Assembly (NCBI GenBank): GCA_905178155.1
Contig: CAJINV010000013.1
Coordinates: 1,450,392 to 1,514,391, forward strand
Origin: Amoebophrya sp. A120
Taxonomy: Eukaryota; Protista; Dinoflagellata
Reading direction: 5' to 3'
DNA length: 64,000 nucleotides
Position numbers and translations under genes: made by a program. The notes under the pieces are model-generated. The model was not told the DNA's origin, searched no databases, and saw only the letters and a list, made by a program, of their open reading frames with translations. Below are positions 52,801 to 62,446 of this stretch, piece after piece; position 1 is the stretch's first letter; each line of letters begins with the position of its first letter.

Positions 52801-54214
52801 GCGCATGAAGAAACACGTCTTATGCTTATGCATGCAAATCTGCATGACAAATATGGGGCCATGACGTTCTTACCAAGGATACCGGAGGCGGAGTTTTGTT
52901 TTTCATTTTCCGCCCTTCGGATTCAGCAAACTTCATAAATGCGCCCGAACTGCTGCCCTTAGCAGCCACAGACAACGCAATCAGCCCCTCCCCGAACCCG
53001 GCCCCCGGCCCAAAGAAGGGGCTCGGCTGGGCAATCGCGACGAGTTCCTCGACTAACTGCGCGTTGAAAAACCGATCTCTGTTCGCCGTCACACTTCCTT
53101 TGATGTTCCCCGGATAGTTCTTGGCATCCACGAAGCCCGCCAGCTGTCGGCATTGCGTGTTCGCCTCACTTTGCAGTTGGGCCGGTGATGTTCTCCTTGT
53201 GTTAGTAGCAGCACCAGTCTGTTCATCTTCTACGGGAGGCGGCGGTGGTGCCGTTGTTGTGCCACCATCTTGCGCTTCAGTCGCTGGCGTGGTCCCTGCG
53301 GGCTGTTGTTCCTCCATGTCCGCTCCACTTGCTCCCGTAATTCTCAACATGTTTTCCGGTGTGCACTGCTGGAACCCCGGCGTCTTTTTGTTGGGGTCGT
53401 CGAACAGCGCAAGCCGCGGATCCGAGGTCGTGGTGGTGCTGGTGGTCGTGGTGGTCGTCGTCGTGGTAGAAGGGGTCGTCGTAGAGGGTGAAGACGTTGT
53501 TGTCGTGGTTGATGTTGTTGATGATGTAGTTGTAGAACTCGAGGTTGTGCTTGTGGTTGTAGAACTAGTGGTCGAAGGTTCCTCCCCGCCACAACACGAG
53601 AAAATCGAGTCCAGGTCGCCCTTCGGGGATTCGGTTGTGCTTGTCGTTGTTGACGACGTAGTAGATATTGTTGTTGTCGACGTGGAAGAGGCCACGACGC
53701 TAGAAGAGGTGGTTGTTGACGCTGTGGAAGTGGTGGAAGTGGAAGTGGAAGTTGATGCTCCTGTAATTGACGCCGTAGAAGTTGTGGCTGCAGAAGAACT
53801 GGTAGCTTGTTCCTGTGCATCTTCTTCGCGTTCGAGTTGTTCTTTGTGGTTCATCACATCCAGAAGGACGCGACCTTCTTCCTCCTCAACGTGCTGCTCC
53901 TGCGACGTCTTCAAAACGCCCGTTTGCAACGCGTTTACAAAGAACGGAAGACCAAGTGGAAGCTGCGTACAAAGCTCGGCGAAATAAAGACTGGAGAAGA
54001 GCTGCAAGCATATTTTGGCTGCTAGCTGCTGGTGCAGAAGCTTTGTCATCGCTGTTATCTGGCAGCGGCGACACTGAGAGGGTGGTCCTCGCGAGATAGC
54101 GGCTTCTGCTCTTCTTTCCGCGCCATGATCATGATAATGCGCTGCTTGTCCGCTGCTCGGGGCGACGACGAGAGACGCCTCTTTGTTGCGCCGGCAGACT
54201 TCTTTATTTCGCAT
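49801..54214 (-). CDS. Secreted/surface mucin-like protein with Ser/Thr-rich tracts and CC motifs, split by three introners
   Basis: ORFs 52826-54214, 52140-52586, 50750-51934 and 49801-50424 join in frame (TPPPGTASAK; AATETPDSVP; SSSADPLKVFPP). Hydrophobic segment near the N-terminus. A GTAAGT donor near 49803 suggests further 3' exons. Confidence 0.7.
50444..50757. mobile_element. Introner family D (314 bp)
   Basis: Ends TATCCTGAGTAAAAACGTCCCCAC / GTGGGGAAGGTGTTCCTCACGATA; flanks CAGAC/CAGAA; interior homologous to 63423-63702. Confidence 0.88.
51952..52196. mobile_element. Decayed family A-like introner (245 bp)
   Basis: Ends TATCGAGTGCAAATTATGTGTCTGGGTCTG / CAGACCACAAGACAAATTTTCCCTAGATA; internal CATGACAA motifs; flanks no longer match but removing element plus 5 bp restores the frame. 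Confidence 0.6.
52555..52881. mobile_element. Introner family D, diverged (327 bp)
   Basis: Ends TATCCTGTCCAAAAATGTC...CCCCATACATAGTCAAG / GCATGACAAATATGGGGCCATGACGTTCTTACCAAGGATA; flanks CTGGG/CCGGA; in-frame join. Confidence 0.78.
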
Positions 54215-54948
54215 GGTGACTAGATGAGCAGGATCTCACTGCTGGGTTCCAGCTCAACAAATTTCAACGAAAGCGGGAGTTTTCACATCCTCATCAAGCA
54301 GAGATTTCGCTCGGCATCGTTCATGTTCAACGTGGTCATCGCAGTTCAATAGGTAAAGCTGTGCAATATGGTGACTTTCCTTCACTCCAAAAATACCAAA
54401 AATGCCACTACTTCTACTACAGTTGCATATCGTGAATATTCGTGCCTGCGGCCGGAGAGGAGAACTTCCTCGACGTAGGTAGCAGTTCGCCCTCTTGGTA
54501 CTCCTGCGCCCCCTGTACACAACAGCGACGCACGAAGAAAAACGCGATGATTTTCACGAGCATTGATTACGACGACGATGCGGAAAGATTCGGCGCTTGC
54601 GACACGAAAATACGACTTCCGATGCGACTCCTCACTCAGGATTCAATTCGTTCGTTTCCGTTTAGGAACAAGATATAATATATTTTTATATTTCCGAAAA
54701 CCGACAAGCACGGCCACGAGACCACGATTCGGATTTCGATTCGTTTCAACAAACATAAAATCATGCCATGAGCGGTCTGAGCCAATCTAGCACTTCTCGC
54801 ACGTGACACAGAACACAAATAGAGTTCGGTCGTCGAGTGGGTAGAACAGCGCACATCGCATTTCTTTCTGTTTTTCTATGCTACGGAAAAGCCAAAGCTG
54901 CGGCAGCTGAAAATCTTTGTGGCGTACTGTGTCTTCACTGTTTTGATG

Positions 54949-57900
54949 TCACATGTTCATCTTCTCATTCGCGTAGTCATCCACTCCTTGTCGCTTCCTC
55001 ACTGGCGGGCACATTCGGGCGGAAAAGACCCCGCGTTTCTCGATTTCCTCGAAGCTGTGCCAATGTTTACTACCGTCTTCTTCAAAATACGGATTAGAAG
55101 GCGCGGATGAAGTAGTCGAAATAACTGTCGCGTTTTTCACGTACTGTGGCGGCCCACCGGATGGTGAATATTTGCGAGTGCTTTCTTCGACCTCAAAGCG
55201 CGTTCTTGCAATGCGCAACGCCTCGAAGCGGTGCCACCGACGGACTATGGTACTAAATTTTGCTGCTGTACTTGTGGTGCGCTGCAAGTGCAGGTGCAAC
55301 TTTCCTTCCACCGCGGAAATGAACTCTGCCTGCCGACGTTGATTCCGCTGCTCATTCGTCTCAAACATCTTCAAGCGGGACGGCAAGCGGATTTGAATAA
55401 CTTTTTCAGCATGATTTGTAGACGAGTCTACTTCGCTAGCAGAAGTAGAACTTGACGAAAAATGATCATTGTGGTCCGCAGTTGTACTATTCATCTTCCC
55501 GTCATCAACCAGTGCAACTTCTCTGTATTCCGACAAAAAGCTCTGAAACCCGTTTTCCGACAGCTCCTTGGCTTTTTCGTGCAAAATTTTCAAGTCCTTC
55601 TGGTTCAGGTCCCGAAAATTCTTCGTCACGTCGAACCGGGTGTCCCGACCTGCCAACGAGGGCAGCGCCACATTCCACTCCGGAGAGAAATATTCGCCTC
55701 CGTTGGTGAAGTAGAGGAAGGACAAGGGGTCGTGCGGACAGGGGATCGTTTTCTCGAAGAGCCTATTGATTGCAAATATGTCTGAATCTGTAAGCTTGCT
55801 GCAAATTGTCGTGGTAAATCCGAATCATGCAAAAATCTGTGTTGCATGAGTGCCGAAACCTGTCCACTTTCGACCAAGTTGGGAGGGAGTTCTCATGGGT
55901 CATGGAAAACCTCCTGCGTGACAGATCTACACTCTTCCAGAGGACCCAGACATATTTGCAGTTGATAGAACCTGCACTTTTTCAGCGGGAAGATGTATTT
56001 CAGCGGGACGAGTCCGTTATTCGTCTGAAACGGCGGAACCTGCGGCAAGTAACAGAGCGGGGCGGGGGTGAGGATCTTGTTCACCGCGCGGGTGAGGGAC
56101 TTCGGGCGCGGAAGGGAAATCGCTGCGGAAATTATCCCGGCGGGCCGCGACGTGGAAGTGGAAGAAGCAGTAAGAGAACCAGGCGAAGAAGTCGTTTTTG
56201 ATGGTAAAGTAAAATCTCGACTTTTCAAATCCATTTTCGCCTTCGATGTAGTTACCTTTCCCCCGTTCTCGTTATTCGCGCTGGTGTCCACTACTAGCGC
56301 TTCTTCACTTGTTCGATCGAGGTACTCCTGCACGGCCCACAGAGGCTTCATCCCGTCCTTGTCCCTGCGCCAGTGCTTGCGCAGGCGCTCGGGCTCGTTG
56401 TGTTCCAGGCTGCGCTCTTCGTAGTCACAGAAAGCGAAAATGTTGGGTTCAGAGGAAGAATTCTCGTGTTTATTTTCCTCCTTCTTTTCCAATTCCCGGA
56501 CTCGAAAGACGTAGCCGAATTCAAACTTCGGGTACTGCTTCACAAAAGACTTGAATTCGAAGGAGAAGAGGTAGGACTCCGCCCCGACGCACTGCAGGAC
56601 GTCTGAGCGGATGGAGTGGTAAAAGTGCTTGTACAGAAAAGTCCCTTCTTGGTCCGCTTCCCTTCGCCCCCCGATTCGGTCGTAAAACTTCTGATTCGTG
56701 TGGCCCACGCCCATGGAGAACAGCGTTGCGTTCGGCAAGTCGATCAAGTCTTCGGTTTCCAAACTGAAAATGAGCATGCAGTCGTGCAGCACCGGGGGAG
56801 TGACCACCGTCACGCCGTCGGTCCGCGTCACCTGTCTCGCGGTCGTGACGCGGCGGCCCAGAGTGTCGATGATGTCCCCCCACTCGTCCTCGTGGTCCAC
56901 CATGATGAGGAACTCGATGTCATCGTCGATCGCGTCCACTTTGTTCTCCTCGCTCAACTGCCCCATCGTCCTTCCATACCGCAGGGCGGAAATCAGCGTG
57001 CCCCCGATCGGCACGTATTCTAACTTCAGCTCGTCCAGCAACTCTACGACATTATGTACCGCTTTCTTCAGTCCCTGTTCAAATTCATAATGGTGTTTCG
57101 CCGCATCGGGCAGGCAGTGGTTGTTGAGCCCAAGTCTCTCGCACAGCGGGATCCGCTTGTGCAGGTGCTTGTTTTTCTGCAGGTATTGTAACGTCGGATG
57201 CGTGTTCGGATCGATATCGTGTTCATCCTCGGATGTTGACCCTTGAAGTTCGACTCCTCGTGAAACGGCAAGAACAGCGCCCGGCTCTTGTACTTTCCCC
57301 GCGGATTGAAGTTTTGTTCCCGCACCTTTGTTGCTGTGAAGCTGTTGATGCTTTTCGTCGTGTTCTGGTTCTCCCTTTCCGTGCTGCTGTCCTTTGCTCG
57401 AACTAGTGCCCCCTGCCGCAGCGGCCGGCTTCGCTTTGTCTTGCTGCATCTTTTTCAGCTGCTGGCGGTGCTCCTCTGGCATGCGCCAGGCGAAGTGCAT
57501 CCAGGCGTCCTTGACGCGGTTGCTGGCGCGGACGAGGTTTTGCAGCGTGCGCATGGGATCGTCCTGGAAAAGGTAGGACCGCGGCTTCAGGTTCGCGATG
57601 GCGGACGACCCTCCTCCAACTCTCCTTCCAGCAGCGAACGTGGTCGACGGCGTGCCAATTTTTAAAGAACCCCCTTCTCGATGAAAAGCAGCTTCATTCA
57701 CTGAGTCCAGTTTTTGCATTCTTCTAACCGCGCGCTCGTGCCAGGTTTCTCCGCCCACCGAGAGCTTCTCGGCTATCCCGCTCAGATCTGGCACCGCACG
57801 GTGTCGGAGAAAGGACGTCTCGTCGATTTTCACCGAATCGGCCGCCAGCGCTTCCGTGGCGTGGAGCGAAGGAACAAAGTGTAGTTCTTGGCTCCTGCTT

Positions 57901-60900
57901 TTCGACGCCTTATCCGGGAGGAAATACTCCTCCTGGAACCACAAAAGTTTCCTTCTATCGGTGGGCTTCTCCAGGAACGCGTCGCGTCCGAGGAACCGCA
58001 CGATCTGCGGGCTCTGCACCGTCTCCCGTTGGAAAAGCATGGTCCCCGACTTCGACGTGTGCTCTACCAAGCCGACATGCAGCCGGTGGTGAAACTCGGT
58101 GAGAAACTTCATCAACCTCTGCGCCTCCGGAAACCAGGCGGTCAGCGCGTTAAACGTCGACTCTGCCGTTAGGCTGGCGTGGTACTCGAGCAGCGCAACC
58201 AGAATGAAGGAACTGAAAATTTGCATGGCCGGCGCGCAGTGTTCCAGCGCGTGAACCACGTTGGGACGGATACTGTAGGAAAAGACGTTGCTCTTACTTT
58301 TTTGTTCTTGGCGCGACCACGACGAGTTGAACTTGAATTCCTGATCTTCATTATCTTTATTTTTCCGAGCAGCAGTATCTTCCTGCTCTGCGCCCCCGCC
58401 CTTCTTCCGCCGTGGTGGTTCCTCGTGCAGGAAAACGTCCATGCCCTGTAGATACTGGACGTAAACCGTGATGGTGAGCAGAAAAAATTGGTCGTTCTCC
58501 AGTCTGTTTCTCCGTAAAAAAAGTGCCCGATTGATGTCCTCTTGCACGTCGAAGGGAATGCGGAGGGCCTCGGTCTTGGTGAAGACCGCGAAGGAGTGGG
58601 ACTCATACATCCAATTCTGCCTCGGGACTTCACGACTCCCCTTGGTCCCGCCCTCCACTTCCACGTAATCTGTCGTCTTTACTCGGGAGGTTGTGGCATT
58701 ATTTGTCGCGGTAGGGGCGCCCCCGATTTTGCTCCCGTGGGCACTGGAAACCACGCTATGAGTCGCCATTCGCTTTGCGTACTCTCTTCTTATCCCCGCC
58801 TCGTAAAAACTCCTGCGCCAGGGCAGGTCGTCGAAATTTCTGTCCAGGTTGTTCGTGATCACATTGCGCTTGCGCGACTCCTCACGGTCTGTCTGGAGCA
58901 TTTCGGCCAAAGCCTCCGCATGCCTCGGATTGGAGGAAGAGTAGGCCTTGCCGTTCTTCGCGTAAATGCTGCTTTCCAGAGTTTAAGGAAAACAAAGAAA
59001 AAATGCACAAACTAGATTTCACTCTACTACTTCATAAAGTTGATTCATTGGCTTCGTGCAAAAATATGCAGCTTTGACTTTTACCTAGTTGTTCAGGTCG
59101 TGGCCGCGATCTGAGTTTATTTGATCCAAAATCGACGACCATCTGATCTAGCAGGCAAACTCGGCCTACGAGATCAGCAGTGCAAAATGTCGCGCAGAAG
59201 ATCCAAACCTGCGAGAAGACTAAGTGCATTTTTTTCCTCAGAAAACCCGTGGGATAAAAAGCTGTCTCCGCCCATTTCGTGTCCCGTCTGAATGTTCTCC
59301 AGCACTTCGAAGTTTTTGTTGAAGATTCGGCTCGGGGTCGCGTCACTACCGATGTAAGCGCCCTCTTCTTGGTAGAGAAGGGGCAGAATGTATTTCATCA
59401 GCTGGTTCTGCAGAATCCAATAGAAATTCGGGACCGATTCTTGATTTGCTTCAACATCTACAGAGTCCACTTTTTTCTCCGTCGCAGTTGTGGACCTTTT
59501 CGACGCACCACTTCGAGTGCCAGCACTGGTCGTTTCTCCTGCTGTCGCAAACAAGTTCTCGATTTCTCGCATCGCTTCGGTTCGGAAAGTGCAGTCATAA
59601 CCAAAGGTTGGCTTGTATTGGTACGGAATCTTCTTCGATCGCGACGACGTGTTGTTTGTTTCATGGTGAAGTTGGCTCTCCGCTGCGCCAGAGATAGCTG
59701 TACTTGACTTTGTGGAAGGAGCAGCGCTTGATGCATCTTCATCTTCAGCCGGTCGCACTACACTCTCGCGCCTGGAGGTCGCATTCATGTACCGGGCTTC
59801 TGATCTACCAGACCCACTTCTTCTTGCTTTTTTGTCGCCCGATGCACCTGCCCCCACTCCACCAGCTGCGCTTTTCTCCATATTCACTTCTAGTCTCTCG
59901 ACGTCTTCTTTACTGTAGCCCTTCAAATCCACCGTGTCGGTGAATTCCAAAACGGAATCCAGGGCTTCTTTGTTCAAGAAGTGCGGCGTCAGCAGCTGAA
60001 ACACGGGCTTCCAGGAGGACAAAATTGGGTAGTTGTAGGGGAGAATGTTCTTCTTGCGCAGGTTTGTTCCTCGGCGTTGAGATTTGCTACTTGTTCCAGG
60101 CGTTTTCTGCTCTGAAAAAACCTCCTTATCTTTCCGTAGGTCGACGTCGCTCTCCGTGGTTGCTGACGTTGTACTCCATCTTCTTGTCTCTTCGTACAGC
60201 TTCTGCACGAATTCCCGGTTTTCCACAATGGCGTGCGCCTTCTGCTTCGAATCTTCGGTTTTTATCTTCACAGTGGTTTCTTCTTTGATGATGCGCAAAA
60301 GAGCGCTCTCCTCCTGGTGTTGCAATTCAAGTTGCGCTGCGTACGCGCGAAGCTGCGGGTCTTCTTCTAGATCTACTTTTTTCTCCGGTTGTAAAGATTT
60401 GTGATCTACTTCAGAGGTGAAGATCATGTTTTTCCCCGCCGGCGCTGTTGTAGAAGATGCAGAGATTGTTCCTGCTTCCCTCGTCGTCAACGCGGCTGCA
60501 CGACTGCCAAGAACGGGAGGCAAACTGTAGTTGGTATTGCTCGTTTTCTTCGGTTTTTCAATTGTATTTGGCATCATGATCCGCTCGTGGAAGTAGAAGT
60601 AGTAGAGCAACAGTCGGTCGAAGCAGGCGTTGAAAATACCGGAGAGGTGCGGATAGGATCTCTGAAATTCCGTGCGAAAGGAAAAGCCCAAAACAGTACT
60701 TCCTGTTTTGTCGTTATTCTTGTTGTTCAAAAGTGGCTTCAATATCGTCGATGCATCGTCAACAACCGGCAGCGCGTGATCCTCGACCCCTTCCTCTAGT
60801 TCGTCGTCGCTTATTTCATCGTTCAGGGCGTTTTTCTTTGGGTTCCCAACCTGATCCTCGAGAAACTCTAGCGTGCTGAGTAGCCGGCCTCGGTAGCGGA

Positions 60901-61618
60901 AGAAGTTCGGGGGGAGAAAAGGTTTCTTGAAGAACGGCAGCTTTTTTGTTTTCCTCGTACTGCTAGGAATTCTCCCAGAAAATAAATCATGTTGGGATAG
61001 TACTGCAACTTCATCATCCCGTTGCAAGGGCGAAGTGCCACTCCCCGCCCCTTCGTCTCTCCTCGCGCCCGCCTGAAGAACAGCTATGATCCGGGCGTCT
61101 GCGATGAAGTCGCGGTCAAAAATTTTGGAAAACAAACTGCTAATCCTCTCCAGCTTTTCCCTCAACGCCTCGTTTTCTACCATCGGGACCCGAAAGTGCG
61201 CGACAAAGTCCTCGAACATCTGGCCAAATTCCTGCTCGATCTCAAGCGCCAGGCGGAGGAAGGTGGTAAACTTTGTTGCTGGTTTTTCAGCTTCGATCAC
61301 CCCTGATGTTGCTTTCTTTTCGACTCCTGTGGTGTTCCTCACGAGTTCTGCTGCTCCTGAAAGAGGCGGAAGATCTGCTTGGTTTTCCAATGCAGTGCTT
61401 GCATGATCCGCTAGAGGGTATGGAAATTTGGCCTCCTCGGCCTCCTCTCGCAGAGGTCGAAACATGGCATCCCGGAGCCCGTGCAGAAGTTGCGAAAGAC
61501 CACCGTCGGCGGCATGTTCATTCGGACTGCTGGCAGCAAAAACGTGATCTGTCGCATGGTAGCAGGAAAACCACCACCATAGCGGCGCAAAGACCCGAGC
61601 TGGAAAACGTAAGAACAT
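54949..61618 (-). CDS. Very large LicD/fukutin-family nucleotidyltransferase-fold protein with an N-terminal signal-like segment
   Basis: LicD motifs YVPIGGTLISALRYG...DDDIEF and, across the 55764 introner, IFPLKKCR(F/L)FEKTIPCPHDPLSFL. Linkage of the upstream ORF 59174-61618 is inferred through an atypical intron at about 58978-59232. Confidence 0.7.
55764..55967. mobile_element. Introner family A variant (204 bp), spliceable as GT-AG
   Basis: Ends TATTGATTGCAAATATGTCTG / CAGACATATTTGCAGTTGATA; flanks GAGCC/GAACC; the sense strand reads AG|GTTCTA...AATAG|GCTC in frame. Confidence 0.85.
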
Positions 61619-62446
61619 CTTCGCAAATTTGGTGAGAATTAAATGGCAGCTGCTACGCGACCCCTTTCAAACCTTCATGGGGAACAGAACCACGAAAGTT
61701 TTTCGAGAAACGGAAATCATAGAGCTGCAGGGAAACACGAATTAAAATATGACCAAGCTGCACGATGAGAGTAATTTTCATACGAAAAAAGTAGAACGAG
61801 GTGAGACGATCTGCAAAGGCTTTCTTTTGATGACGGCAGTTCGGTTAGTACTCACCATCACTTACAATGCTGACGTTTTTGGTGGCGCTGTTTTACGGCA
61901 TCATGTGAAAGAGAACCCAGCCGGAGCCGAATTCTTGGAAAGATAAGCCAAAAAGAAGATTGTCAGGAACCGACCGATATGTAAAGAAACAAGTTCAGAC
62001 TTCGGAACTCGTCTCTACTTGTCCTGATGAATAACGACCTCGCATCAAGGTCCTGGTTTCACAAGAACAGTCTCAACGGTGCTTCCGCAAGCCGCTGAGA
62101 TGACTGACAAGCTTTTCATTTTATCGATTTCATTCATGTTCGGGAGAAAAAACATCAACATCTTCACAGAAGTAGATAGCTACAGCAATGAAGCTGCCCC
62201 AAGGTGCAAGTAGTCAACATTCCAGTTGTGCACCTACTTCACAGAGGATTCACGCGAGTCCTTGCGTGCTGCTGAACTTTCTCTCCGTCGTCGCCATAAA
62301 CAACCAATACCAAAATATTCGACACAACATAGTAGGACCTTTACTAGCTGCGGAACATCAAGTAGCTTTGTTCCCTGCCTCAACATCAAGCAAGAGATCC
62401 TCGGAAGAGGATCCTTCCTCAAAGGCGCACCACCACCACATCTTCT

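Noticed and set aside
47065-53987. Long plus-strand ORFs (e.g. 47065-48036, 53121-53987)
   Set aside because: Antisense shadows of GC-rich or low-complexity minus-strand exons.
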